From Candidatus Entotheonellaceae bacterium (GTDB lineage Bacteria; Tectomicrobia; Entotheonellia; Entotheonellales; Entotheonellaceae), in NCBI GenBank assembly GCA_965238075.1, contig OZ250173.1:1376001-1440000 (forward strand): a stretch of DNA of 64,000 nt, read 5' to 3'. How positions within the stretch are numbered: position 1 is the stretch's first letter; every line of letters begins with the position of its first letter. The notes below the pieces were generated by a model, which saw only the letters and a program-made list of their open reading frames with translations, searched no databases and was not told the DNA's origin. Below are positions 1 through 9,744 of the stretch, piece by piece. A program made the translations under genes and the position numbers.

Positions 1-1809
1 CGACCCCGAACCGGCCGACACGCTCACCGAGCTGCCGCCCGAGACGTCTACCCGATAATCGGTGATCCCGGGGTTCCTGTCCCACTCCAGGTAGATTCGG
101 CCGTCGTCCGGCGTCGCCACCAGATTAGCCGGCGCGGGCCACAGTGGCGTGGCAGTCGCGGTGGATGCCGCGCCGTAACCCCACCAGTTCACCGCGCGCA
201 CCGCCAGCGTGTACCCGGTGCCGTTGGTCAGACCGGTCACGGTAGTGGTGGTCGTGCTCTTGCTGCTGTCGCTGATGTCGGTGAAGGTCGTGCCATTGTC
301 GATGCTGACCTGGTACTTGTAGATCGAGTCGTCGCCCGGATCGCTCCAGGACAGAGTGGTCTGGCGGTCGTCACCCTCGGTGGCCGTGAGGTTGTCCGGG
401 GCCGGCATGGATATTGGTCTGGCCGTCACGGTGGGTGATTCCTTGCCGTGCAGCGCCCGCACGCTGAAGGTGTACAGGATGCCGTTGGTCAGTGGATAAA
501 CGATGTCGGTCGTCGTCGAACCCGATCCGCGAGGAAGGAATATGCCTTTACTCCGGTCGCTGCCTACGGCAGTGATCCAATAATCGCCGATGGCGGCGTG
601 GCCGTTGTTCCACTCCACAGTGACCCGACCCTGGCCCGCCGTCGCCACCAAACCGGTCGGCGCGGGCCACAGTGGAGTGGCCGTCACGGTGGATGCCGCG
701 CCGTCATCGGTATTATTCACCGCCCGCACCGCAAACGTGTACTCGGTGCCGTTGGTCAGACCGGTCACGGTGTAGCTGGTCGTGGTGTCATCGCTGCCGC
801 TGATGACGCTGAAGGAGCCACCGTCGGTGCTGTACTCGTACTCGTCGATTGTGCTGTCGCCCGGATCGTCCCAGGTAAGACCGATCCGTCTGTCACCCAC
901 CTCGGCCTCGAGCTTCGTCGGGGCGGCCGGCACCGGTGCAGGCGTGGCGGTCACGGTGGATGCCGCGCCGTTACCGCCAGCGTTCACCGCCCGCACCCCA
1001 AACGTGTACTCGGTGCCGTTGGTCAGGCCGGTCACGGTGTAGCTGGTCGTGGTGTCACCGCTGTTGGGGATGTCGGTCCAGCTGCCGTAGGTCCCCGTGT
1101 CTGTTTTCCGGCGATACTGGTACTTCGTGATGGTGTTGTTGGCCGGATTGGTCCAGGACAGAGTGACCTGGCCGTCATCCGGCGTGGCCGAGAGGTTCAT
1201 TGGGGCGGCCGGGGCGCGAATTTGCCCATTGACCCTGATTTGTAACACAGTGAAATTAGTCGAACCCCACCCGGTTGAGCCCGGAGTGCGCGTGTGGCGT
1301 TCATTCCCGATGCTCCACCCGATGGCCGAACCGGAATCTTGGAGGGCAGATGTCGTATTGTCCCATTGGGGGTAACTAGCACTGCCGTTAGGCGCGAAAA
1401 CCATTTGCACGAAGTATTGGGTGTTTGCATTCAGACTGGCACCGGCAGGGGCGGTGAACGTTCGGAGTCCCGCCGCCACGTTGGCCGGGTTGTTCAAGGT
1501 ATATAGCGTATTGCCCCCCGGATCGCCCGATCCGTTGTCACCCCTCACCGTTACCGTCAGGGTTCCGCTACCCGGAGCCACGCCTACGCCCAACTCGATA
1601 CTTGTCAAGGAGTAGCCCAGTGTATTCTGGCCCGTGGTGAACCCCTGAGCATGATCACTGGGAGTTACGGGTGTCTGACCGGCGTTAGATTGGCCCGTGT
1701 TGCTCACGAGCACGGTCTGGGCGTGCACTAGCGCCGGAAAGCCAAGCATCAGCGTCGCGGCGGCGAGGAATACGCCGATGATTGTCAGCCGCGGGTCTTT
1801 GCTCCGCAT
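1..1809 (-). CDS. Secreted fibronectin type III repeat protein, 3' end runs off the window
   Basis: Not in the ORF track because it has no stop. Manual translation from ATG at 1809 gives MRSKDPRLTIIGVFLAAATLMLGFPALVHAQTVLVSNTGQ (signal peptide, then a VSNTGQ domain), followed by at least 4 FN3 units (LSW..P..Y.Y..TTSYTVTGLTNGTEYTFAVRAVN). The frame is open to position 1. Confidence 0.85.
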   Translation of the reverse strand, partial: MRSKDPRLTIIGVFLAAATLMLGFPALVHAQTVLVSNTGQSNAGQTPVTPSDHAQGFTTGQNTLGYSLTSIELGVGVAPGSGTLTVTVRGDNGSGDPGGNTLYTLNNPANVAAGLRTFTAPAGASLNANTQYFVQMVFAPNGSASYPQWDNTTSALQDSGSAIGWSIGNERHTRTPGSTGWGSTNFTVLQIRVNGQIRAPAAPMNLSATPDDGQVTLSWTNPANNTITKYQYRRKTDTGTYGSWTDIPNSGDTTTSYTVTGLTNGTEYTFGVRAVNAGGNGAASTVTATPAPVPAAPTKLEAEVGDRRIGLTWDDPGDSTIDEYEYSTDGGSFSVISGSDDTTTSYTVTGLTNGTEYTFAVRAVNNTDDGAASTVTATPLWPAPTGLVATAGQGRVTVEWNNGHAAIGDYWITAVGSDRSKGIFLPRGSGSTTTDIVYPLTNGILYTFSVRALHGKESPTVTARPISMPAPDNLTATEGDDRQTTLSWSDPGDDSIYKYQVSIDNGTTFTDISDSSKSTTTTTVTGLTNGTGYTLAVRAVNWWGYGAASTATATPLWPAPANLVATPDDGRIYLEWDRNPGITDYRVDVSGGSSVSVSAGSGS

Positions 1810-1867
1810 CACGCCCTGAATATCCGAGCGGTCCAATGCGCGACGACCCCTAGGATGAGCGGTCCGG

Positions 1868-2161
1868 TCAGGATTTTTCTTCGCAGATTGGCGCGTCAAC
1901 AAAGTTGGGGGCCCTCCTTGTTCTGTTTTCAGCCATTGTACTGGGTCTCGTATCTGCCTTCTTGTCCGAAGCGCTAGTCCCCGATTCGTCTCCGCCGGCC
2001 TTCACCCACTCGTCCACTTCCGAGAGCCTGAAGCGCAGCAACCGTCCCACCCGGCGAGCGGGAAAGCCTTTCGCGGCGACCCAGCGGTAAATGGACACCT
2101 TAGTCACCTGCAGATGCGCGGCGACCTCGGCGATACCGACCCAGGCTTCTTCAGTGGCCAT
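1868..2161 (-). CDS. Excisionase-like helix-turn-helix DNA-binding protein (HTH_17)
   Basis: WVGIAEVAAHLQVTKVSIYRWV..KGFPARRVGRLLRFRLSEVDEW. Confidence 0.8.
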   Translation of the reverse strand: MATEEAWVGIAEVAAHLQVTKVSIYRWVAAKGFPARRVGRLLRFRLSEVDEWVKAGGDESGTSASDKKADTRPSTMAENRTRRAPNFVDAPICEEKS

Positions 2162-2211
2162 CTTCGCCGGACTCCCATAACGAAAAATAATGAAGTATTA
2201 CGAGAATATAT

Positions 2212-3503
2212 GGGTGCCTCGAAAAATAACTCGCTGGCGGACAGAAGTGGCGTGAATGGCGCTGTCGCGTCACTGGCGACAGAGAATGAACGGTGGTTTG
2301 CGCGGTGATGTCGCGTCCCGACAGGGGCCATGGCCCTTTCAAAGAGGGCATCCGGCACCCACCCCGCTGCACCCTTTACCCTGAATCCACCATCGACAAC
2401 CGTTGCAATTGAACCAGGCGCCGCATGTTGTAGGCGAGGTTCTTAAGACCTAATCCGCGCCCGCGCCCGTACAAGCCCGATGCTGCGAACCAACGTCCCA
2501 CCCATGTCGTTGCGCTGCGCGCCGAAGACGTGTTCCACCCGTGCCCGAAACCGTGAACGACTCTTGTTGCCCGCCTTCTCCCAATCCCGCAACGGGTGGT
2601 TGCGATAGCCCTTGCGATGTATCCGACTTGTCAAACCCTTGGCCTTCACCTTCGCTTCAATGGCTTTCGACCGGTAGGCGCTGTCCGCCCAGACACCGCC
2701 TGCCGTGTTGTTCGGCGTCAGCAGGTCATCAACCGCTTGGCTGTCGTGGACCGCCGCGTCCGTCACCCGGTAACGCCGTATCAGCTTGTGCCGACGGTCG
2801 ATGTTGACATGATTCTTGTAGCCATAGTGGCTCTTGCCATGCTTCTTTGTCCAGCGCGCATCCGTATCCTTTTGCCGACGCTTGGCCGGCTTGTCGGCCC
2901 AGGCATCGGGTGTCTCACCCCGCTTGATCTGCTCATTGTCGTCACGACGATTGCGCTGGATGGGGACCGCCACAATCGAAGCATCAATGATCTGGCCACC
3001 CATTGCCTGGTAGCCCTGGCTTTTCAGGTAAGCGTCGAAATCCTCGAACAAGGCATCGATGAGGCCAGCCTGTGACAACTGCTCGCGGTAGAGCCACACC
3101 GTCTTGGCGTCCGGTACCTTGTCTTCGAGTGCCAGTCCCAGGAAGCGCACGAAGGAGAGGCGGTCGCGCATCTGATACTCGACCTGGTCATCCGACAGAT
3201 TGCACAGGGCGCACAGAATGATCGCTTTGAACATGACGATGGCGTCCCAGGGTTTGCACCCCGCATTAGACTTACGCTTGTCGGGTGGCTTGCGCCAGAC
3301 TTTCTCCAGGCGGTTCCTGAACGCTTCCCAAGCAACCAGCGCATTGATCCTTACTAATGGATCGGTTTTGGCATCCAAAGCGGCGTCGCGATTCTCGATA
3401 TCGAAAAAGCCCATCTGACCCATGCTCAACTCCCCCGGCTCTTTGGCAAATGTGTCTCAGTGATTCTAAACCAAGTGGGAGATGAGTATTATTAGAGATG
3501 CCC
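2212..3503 (-). mobile_element. IS5-family insertion sequence
   Basis: Contains an IS5 transposase. Imperfect terminal inverted repeats: gggtgcctcgaaaaa at 2212 versus gggcatctctaataa (reverse complement ending at 3503), 10/15 identical. No clear target duplication. Confidence 0.65.
2376..3429 (-). pseudogene. IS5-family transposase with a C-terminal frameshift
   Basis: Motifs MRDRLSF..FLGL, IIDASIV, DTDARWTKK, YGYKNH, WADSAY, RARVEHVF. The ORF stops at 2443 (RARIRS*), but the conserved GLKNLAYNMRRLVQL continues in a shifted frame to TAA at 2376. Confidence 0.8.
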
Positions 3504-3553
3504 TGCCGTAATTGCACTATCGCATACATAGCAAAGATTGGCTTATCGGCCGC

Positions 3554-4945
3554 TTACTCGTGGTCCCCGGCGAAGACCGCCTTGTTGATGGTCGCGTGAA
3601 CGCCCCAATTGCCGTCCACGACCTGGGTGATGCCAAAGTCCACCGCCACGGACATGAGCGAGATGGCTTCATCTTCGCTGAGACCTCGGGTGGTCATCAG
3701 AAAGTGGCGCATCTTGCGGAAGGCATCGCGCATTGCCTTGTCCACCGACGATTGGCTGTAGATTTCCTGTTGGGCTTTGTCACCGAGCTCAACCAGGTAG
3801 TCGGCCTAGCTGAAACCGTGCACCACCCAGGCATCCGGGGTTTCGAGGAGGGGGTAATAAAGCGCCTCCAGGTCGGCGCCCGGCAGATTTTCCTGCTTGT
3901 GAACGGCGATCTGAATGATGCCGGTGAGAGACATTTCGATGGCCGTGCCGGCGAGTTCGGAATCACCCTGCGCGGCGTGTGAATCACCCAGCGACAACAG
4001 GCCACCGTCAACAGCGACCGGATAATACATCGTGGCATTTTTGCCGATGCGCCAGTCGTCAATGTTGCCGCCGAAAGAACTCGGCGGGATGGAGTCGACG
4101 ATGTCGGCTTCGTCCGGTGCGAGACCGATGACACCGAAATGGGGCCGAATGGGCACGCGAACGCCTTTCAAGACGCCATGCTGCTCGGTGACGAGACTGT
4201 GATCGACCGGCACCCCGGGGTAGTCGATGATTTCGTGCAGCACGCCGAACGGGTCGACCTGGGGCACCCAGCGAAAGCTGTAGACCGCCTTCGCCCAGTT
4301 CTTGTTGCCAGCCGTGTCTACCTCGTAAATCGTAATCACTTCACGCGGCTTGGGCTCCTCGATGAGGTCCTGATAGTGGTAGCCCCACCACGCCGCCGCA
4401 TTGCTGCCGAAGGACTTGCCGCCATACTTCGGATTTCCGGACGGACGCGGTTGCACATCGAGGATACGAACCTCAACGATGTTGCCGAGAGCCGCACCGC
4501 ACACATAAATGGGCCCGGTGAGAATGTGGACACCGAACCCTTCACCGCCGCCACGGCCATAGACCGATGCGTCCAGCGGTCCGGCCCCCCGGCGCTTGAC
4601 GTTCTTCTCGTCGGCGGTCCAATGATAGACGCTCTCCGCACCCGGGTCGCCTTTGACCATGCGATCCAAGTCGTCCCCGGCATGATGGGTCAGCGTCTCC
4701 ACGGTGACGATATCTCCCGAATGAATGACCAACCGCGGGGCTAACGATTTGCTGAAGTATCCCCAGTGCACCGTCTTGTCGTTGGCGGGTAGGTAGTGGT
4801 GCCTGGCTGCTGTCGGCGCCTCAGCGCATTGCGGCGGCTCGGCCGCGACGACGACCTGTAACGGCAGCAGCGCCAAGGCGCCGGCAAAACACGCCGCAGC
4901 AAAGCGCCGCGGCCAGCATTTAGACTTCTGTTCCGTCATAGACAT
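3554..4945 (-). pseudogene. Signal-peptide-bearing acetamidase/formamidase family protein interrupted by an in-frame TAG
   Basis: Motifs TVHWGYF, GVHILTGPIYV, GGNIDDW, LGDSHAAQGDSELAGTAIE. After TAG (3806-3808) the same frame continues ADYLVELG...AMRDAFRKMRHFL...ITQVVDGNWGVHA to TAA at 3554. Confidence 0.8.
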
Positions 4946-5000
4946 CGCATCCTCTTGTTTAGGGAAAGTCTTGGGCGTTTCAGATAGTCCTTAACATCGG

Positions 5001-5015
5001 GCAAAAGTCGTGCCA
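5001..5015 (-). promoter_or_regulatory. Sigma-54 (-24/-12) promoter upstream of the acetamidase
   Basis: Minus strand reads TGGCACGACTTTTGC, matching TGGCACG-N4-TTGC with exact GG-N10-GC spacing, about 55 nt upstream of the start codon. Confidence 0.65.
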
Positions 5016-5316
5016 TACGTATCAACAGGACCCGGATACGATCGAGAATCATCTCCGTATCTTTACAAAATAAAGAGTTACACGTCCTCGCCGGGGAGGG
5101 GAAGGGGCGCTCAAAACGGTAAGACAAAGCCAGAATGATCTGACGACATTGTCGGCTATGCACGAATCTGGAAGTGCGAATCGTAGCCCAAACCGTCTTT
5201 TTTGTCGGATTGATACTGAATTCTGTCAGTACGGAACCCGCCTGGACTCATACCGGGCGATGGAGTAGCATCGGTGGCCTTGCATCCGCCCCTATTCCAT
5301 TGGCCCGGAGGTCCCG

Positions 5317-7668
5317 ATGTCCCGCCGACTGACGCCATCCGATTTACGAAATGCCCTGCCCGACGTGACCTCAACGCTGAAGCTATCCGGCCTGGAAAAG
5401 CCGGTCGACATCTGCCGCGACCGCTGGGGCGTGCCGCACCTGCAGGCGGCTACCGAGCAAGACGCCTTCTTCGCTCAGGGGTTCGTGACGGCCCAGGACC
5501 GCTTGTGGCATATGGATTACGACCGACATCGGGCACTGGGGCGCTGGTCGGAGTTCGCCGGGCCGGACGCCTTGCCGGAGGACCGGCTGATGCGGCGGTT
5601 TCGCGTCGAGCGGGCCGCGCGCATGGATATCGAGGTGACGAGCGGCGCGGCGCGGGACATGCTGGCGGCATACAGCGATGGGGTAAACGCCTTTCTCGCC
5701 AGCACCCGCACGCTGCCGGTCGAATACACCTTGTTGCAGGCCGCCCCGGAACCGTGGGAGCCGTGGCACTGTCTGGCCGTCTACAAGGTCCGTAACATGC
5801 TGATGGGAACATTCGAGATGAAGCTGTGGCGGTTGCGGCTGGCCCTCGGGCTCGGCGTGGAGCGGGCTGCGGCGCTGTTCCAGGGGTATCCGCAGGGCAG
5901 TCTGGTGACGGTGCCGCCGGGCGAGGCGTACGACGGGCCGCCATTGTCGTGCCTCGACGAGCTGGCCGCCGCCGCAGCCGCCTGCAACTGGCTGGGCGAG
6001 GTGGACGCCGGCAGCAACGCCTGGGTGATTTCCGGCGACCGCACGGCCTCCGGGTTGCCGCTGGTGGCGGGAGATTCGCACCGCGCCCTCGACACGCCCA
6101 ACGTCTATTACCAAGTGCACATGGCCTGCCCGTCGTTCCGCGTCAGCGGCTACGCCCTGCCTGGTGTCCCCGGCGCCCCGCACTTCAGCCACAACGCGTA
6201 CGTCGCCTGGGGTATGACGCACGGCTACGCGGACTATCAGGACCTGTTCATCGAACGCTTTCGCAGCCGCGACGGCGTGTTGGAATACGCTTGGCAAGAC
6301 GATTGGCAACCCGCCGAGACCGTCGACGAGGCGCTGCACGCGCGCGACGGCGCGTCGGAAACCTTGCAGGTGGTGGCGACTCGCCACGGCCCCGTCATTA
6401 CCGGCGATCCGCATGCCGGACACGGCCTCGCCTTCAGCCATCCCGGCACCAACAGCGGCACCCCGTGGGCCAACACGCTGTACGACTTGCTGCGGGCGCA
6501 CTCGGCGGACGAGGCCGAGGAGGCGCTGCGGCCCTGGACGGAGCCGGTGAACAACTTCGTCTACGCCGACGTGCACGGCGAGTTCGGCTACCGCTACCGC
6601 GGACGCATCCCCATCCGCCCCATGGCCAACGCCTGGACCGCCGTCCCCGGCTGGGACGGCCGGCACGAATGGCAGGGCGATATCCCGTTCGAGGACATGC
6701 CGCAGACCCGCAATCCATCCGCCGGCTACGTCGTCACCTGCAATCAGGGCGCGGCGCCTGCCGATTATCCGTACTACATCAACACCTACTTCGGCGCCGA
6801 CACGCGCGCCCGGCGGATCACGGCCCGCCTGCAAGAGCTGGCGCCCGGTGCGGCTGCGGTGGCGGACATGGCCGCGGTGCATGCCGATCGCCTGTCGCGC
6901 CCGGCGCAGATATGCCTGAAGATACTCGCGCAAACGCCGCTGCCGGCCGACCCCCGGGTTGCCGAAGCGCGCGACCGGCTACTGGCCTGGGATTGCCGTA
7001 TGGATCGCAACTCGGTGGCCGCGACGATCTACGCCGCCCTGCGCGCCTGCTGGCTGGAGGAGATTCTGAAAACCGCCCTCGGGCCGTTCGCCGACGAGGC
7101 CATCGGCACTGCCGGCACCGGCCGCGGCGGCCCGACGCACGCTCTGCAACTCTATACTCGCGCCGTCCACGCCATGGCGGCGAACGACCCCGCGCCCCTG
7201 CCGCCCGGCCAGACCTGGCCGCAATGCCTGGAGGCCGCCCTGCACCGCGCCGTCGACGACCTGCGCCAGCGCCTCGGCGACGACGTGCAGACTTGGCAGT
7301 GGGGCACGTTGCACCGCACCCGGCCCCAACACCCGCTGTCGCGTGTCTTCCCCGATTGCGCCGACCTGCTCAATCCGCCGCAGATTCCCGCCGGCGGCGA
7401 CGGCGATACGCCGCAACAGGGCGGCAGTTGGACCACAGAGCGCTTCGTCCTGACATCGCTGTCCGTGAACCGCTACATCCACGACCCCGCCGACTGGCGC
7501 CGTTCCCGCTGGGTCGTGCCGCTGGGCGCTTCGGGCCACCCGGGCAGCCCCCATTACGCCGACCAGGCCACCCTGTGGGCCGAGGTTGAGACCGTCCCGC
7601 AGCTGTGGGAGTGGGACGACATCACGGCCGCGGCCGAAACCCGTCAGCGCCTGCTCCCGGCGCCCTGA
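5317..7668 (+). CDS. Penicillin acylase family Ntn-hydrolase
   Basis: RDRWGVPH, AQGFVTAQDRLW, autocleavage/nucleophile motif GSNAWVISGDRTASG.PLVAGDSH, C-terminal GASGHPGSPHYADQ. Confidence 0.92.
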   Translation: MSRRLTPSDLRNALPDVTSTLKLSGLEKPVDICRDRWGVPHLQAATEQDAFFAQGFVTAQDRLWHMDYDRHRALGRWSEFAGPDALPEDRLMRRFRVERAARMDIEVTSGAARDMLAAYSDGVNAFLASTRTLPVEYTLLQAAPEPWEPWHCLAVYKVRNMLMGTFEMKLWRLRLALGLGVERAAALFQGYPQGSLVTVPPGEAYDGPPLSCLDELAAAAAACNWLGEVDAGSNAWVISGDRTASGLPLVAGDSHRALDTPNVYYQVHMACPSFRVSGYALPGVPGAPHFSHNAYVAWGMTHGYADYQDLFIERFRSRDGVLEYAWQDDWQPAETVDEALHARDGASETLQVVATRHGPVITGDPHAGHGLAFSHPGTNSGTPWANTLYDLLRAHSADEAEEALRPWTEPVNNFVYADVHGEFGYRYRGRIPIRPMANAWTAVPGWDGRHEWQGDIPFEDMPQTRNPSAGYVVTCNQGAAPADYPYYINTYFGADTRARRITARLQELAPGAAAVADMAAVHADRLSRPAQICLKILAQTPLPADPRVAEARDRLLAWDCRMDRNSVAATIYAALRACWLEEILKTALGPFADEAIGTAGTGRGGPTHALQLYTRAVHAMAANDPAPLPPGQTWPQCLEAALHRAVDDLRQRLGDDVQTWQWGTLHRTRPQHPLSRVFPDCADLLNPPQIPAGGDGDTPQQGGSWTTERFVLTSLSVNRYIHDPADWRRSRWVVPLGASGHPGSPHYADQATLWAEVETVPQLWEWDDITAAAETRQRLLPAP

Positions 7669-7682
7669 ATCCGGAGACCCGC

Positions 7683-7991
7683 ATGCCGTACCAACTGTTG
7701 CCTATGGATAATTCCGCTGCCCCGCCCCTCGATATTTCCGACCGCCTGCGCTCCCAACTGGTGTACTTCATGACGCCGCCGGACGAGCCGCAGGTGCCGC
7801 CACTGGGACCGAATGATTATTGGATCGACGCCGTTGAGGCCGCCGAGTGGTTCGCGGATGGCGTATTCGAGTTGGTTTCGCCACTGGACGGGGAGCGCCC
7901 GACGAGCATCGAGCTGTCCGAAGAGCAGGAGGTGTTGTTCGAGTGGCTCACCGGGCACGCGATTCAGCACGTGCGGGTGGCGGAGGGGTAG
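7683..7991 (+). CDS. Hypothetical protein
   Basis: GGAG ribosome-binding site just before ATG 7683; acidic, protein-like sequence directly after the acylase. Confidence 0.55.
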   Translation: MPYQLLPMDNSAAPPLDISDRLRSQLVYFMTPPDEPQVPPLGPNDYWIDAVEAAEWFADGVFELVSPLDGERPTSIELSEEQEVLFEWLTGHAIQHVRVAEG

Positions 7992-8502
7992 CAGTTTCTT
8001 CCAACACGCGGATATCCGGCAGGTGGCGGTATTGTCCGTTAAAATCCATGCCGTAGCCGACGATGAACAGGTTGGGGATGGTGAAGCCGCGGTAGTCGAT
8101 GTCAACAGGGACCTCACGGCGGGCCGGTTTGTCCAGGAGGCTACAGATGCGCAGGGAGGCGGGGCGCCGTTGCCGCAGGTAGTCGCACAGGTAGGTAACG
8201 GAATGGCCGCTGTCGACGATGTCCTCGACGAGCACCACGTCTCGGCCGGTGATGTCGGCGCGCAGTTCGTGAAAGACCTCCATCCGGCCGCTGCTGATCG
8301 TGCCGCTGCCGTAGCTGGACAGCCCTACGAAGCCGATTTCCACCGGCAGATCGAGCGCCCGCGCAAGATCGGCCAGGAACACGAAGGCGCCTTGCAGCAC
8401 GCCGATCAGCACGGTCGGTCCGGCGGCGTAATCGCGGCGAATCTCACCGGCCAGCCGCGCCACCGCCTGGTCAATACGCTGGCGCGAGATCAGCACGTCC
8501 AT
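7948..8502 (-). CDS. hpt: Hypoxanthine phosphoribosyltransferase
   Basis: GVLQGAFVFLADL, SSYG, PRPP motif VVLVEDIVDSGHS, LLDKP, FIVGYGMD. Confidence 0.93.
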   Translation of the reverse strand: MDVLISRQRIDQAVARLAGEIRRDYAAGPTVLIGVLQGAFVFLADLARALDLPVEIGFVGLSSYGSGTISSGRMEVFHELRADITGRDVVLVEDIVDSGHSVTYLCDYLRQRRPASLRICSLLDKPARREVPVDIDYRGFTIPNLFIVGYGMDFNGQYRHLPDIRVLEETATPPPPARAESRAR

Positions 8503-8515
8503 CGGCTGACAGACC

Positions 8516-8986
8516 TCATTGCGCTGCGATACGCATGACGACGTCCCACTCCTGCTGCGTCACCGGCTGCACCGACAGGCGGCTGCCCTTGCGGATCACC
8601 ATCATCGCTTCCAGACCGGGGATGTCCTTCAGCGCCGCTAAGGTGATGGGCGTCTTGAAGGTGCGCACGTAGCCGACGTCGACCATCAGCCAGGTCGGCT
8701 GCGCCGAGTCGCTCTTCGCGTCGTAATAACGGCTGTTAGGGTCGAAGGCGGTGTCGTCGGAATAAGCCTCGCGCACCACTTCGGCAACGCCGTAGATGCC
8801 CATGGGCTTGGCGTTGCTGTGGTAGAAGAGCACGCCGTCGCCGAGCCGCATGTCGTCGCGCATGAAATTGCGCGCCTGGTAGTTGCGCACCCCTTCCCAG
8901 GACGTCGAGCCGTCGCGCTGCAGGTCGCCGATCGAGTAGACGCTCGGCTCCGATTTCATCAGCCAGTAGCGTTTTGGTTCGGCCAT
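8516..8986 (-). CDS. EVE domain protein
   Basis: YWLMKSEP, WEGVRNYQARNFMR, VLFYHSN, SRLSVQPV. Confidence 0.92.
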   Translation of the reverse strand: MAEPKRYWLMKSEPSVYSIGDLQRDGSTSWEGVRNYQARNFMRDDMRLGDGVLFYHSNAKPMGIYGVAEVVREAYSDDTAFDPNSRYYDAKSDSAQPTWLMVDVGYVRTFKTPITLAALKDIPGLEAMMVIRKGSRLSVQPVTQQEWDVVMRIAAQ

Positions 8987-9032
8987 GAAGCCCCCTCCCC
9001 AATCTCTCCCTCGCACAGGAGGGGCATTTGGG

Positions 9033-9503
9033 CTATACGGCTGGAGCGCTGCTGTCCCGCACGCCCTGCACGGCGTCGGCGATGTCGGCCACGTCGAGCA
9101 CCATTTCCATCAGCGTCACCTGCTCCTCATACACCTCGGGCGACACCTGGCATTTGATCGCCTCCTCGGTGACGTGGTAGACCGGCAGCCCCAACGACGT
9201 GCCGGCCAAGGCGCCGGCCCACGAGGGATCGCCCTCGGTCACCGTCAGGGCGTACAGGCGGCTGCTCTCGGCGGTCGGCGTGCCCAGCACCACCACCATG
9301 TCCTCGCGCGGGTATTGCTCGGCCACCCGCTTGATCTCCTCCTGACCTTCCAGGTCAAGGGCGCCGGCGGCCGTTCAAACGAAACAATGGGTCACCTCCA
9401 GCACCACCTCGGCGCCGGCGCTCGTTGTGCATTGCGCGATGGCGCCGCCCTGGATGCCGTCGCGCTCGCCCAAGGCGATAACCTTCTTACCTTGCAGTTG
9501 CAT
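9033..9503 (-). CDS. grdA: Glycine/sarcosine/betaine reductase selenoprotein A, Sec at codon 43
   Basis: ATG 9503 with AAGGAG ribosome-binding site gives MQLQGKKVIALGERDGIQG...THCFV-[TGA 9375-9377]-TAAGALDLEGQ...TVTEGDPSWAGALAG..LGLPVYHV. Canonical GrdA CxxU motif; 156 aa on read-through. Confidence 0.92.
9341..9360 (-). promoter_or_regulatory. Putative SECIS hairpin of grdA
   Basis: mRNA reads ccu-UGACCU-gga-AGGUCA-gg, starting about 15 nt after the UGA, with G in the apical loop. Confidence 0.6.
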
Positions 9504-9537
9504 GATGAATCTCCTTTCGGGGTTGTCCGTTGGCGCC

Positions 9538-9744
9538 TAGAGCGCTTTCGGAGCAAGACGGTTTGCAGGCCGGGACTTTCCCCTCACCCCAACCCTCTCT
9601 CGCCGGGGGAGAGGGAGCAAAAACCCCCTCTCAGGGTAAAGTCAGCCTCTTGATCCCCTCCCCCCTCCGTGGCGGAGGGCCAGGGAGGGGGCGTATGAGC
9701 CGACCGGTATTTCCACCGGTGCAATCAGATACGTAAATGCTCTA
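9538..9744. mobile_element. MITE-like repeat, copy 1, between grdA and grdC
   Basis: Ends are TAGAGCGCTTTCGG...CGTAAATGCTCTA with internal ccctcaccccaaccctct...gagaggg palindromes. Collinear with the reverse complement of 18699-18884. Confidence 0.7.

Noticed and set aside
448-1245. 265-aa plus-strand ORF and overlapping small ORFs
   Set aside because: Antisense shadows of the minus-strand FN3 gene.
1868-2161. Prophage or ICE boundary suggested by the excisionase-like HTH
   Set aside because: No integrase, att site, tRNA or phage genes nearby in the window.
5383-7589. Long alternative ORFs (516 aa minus, 587 aa plus) over the penicillin acylase
   Set aside because: Arg/Ala/Gly-rich frames with no motifs, typical of high-GC shadow ORFs.
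8991-9025. Third full MITE copy between grdA and the EVE gene
   Set aside because: Only a degenerate internal palindrome (ccccctccccaatctctccc..ggagggg) without the TAGAGC ends.
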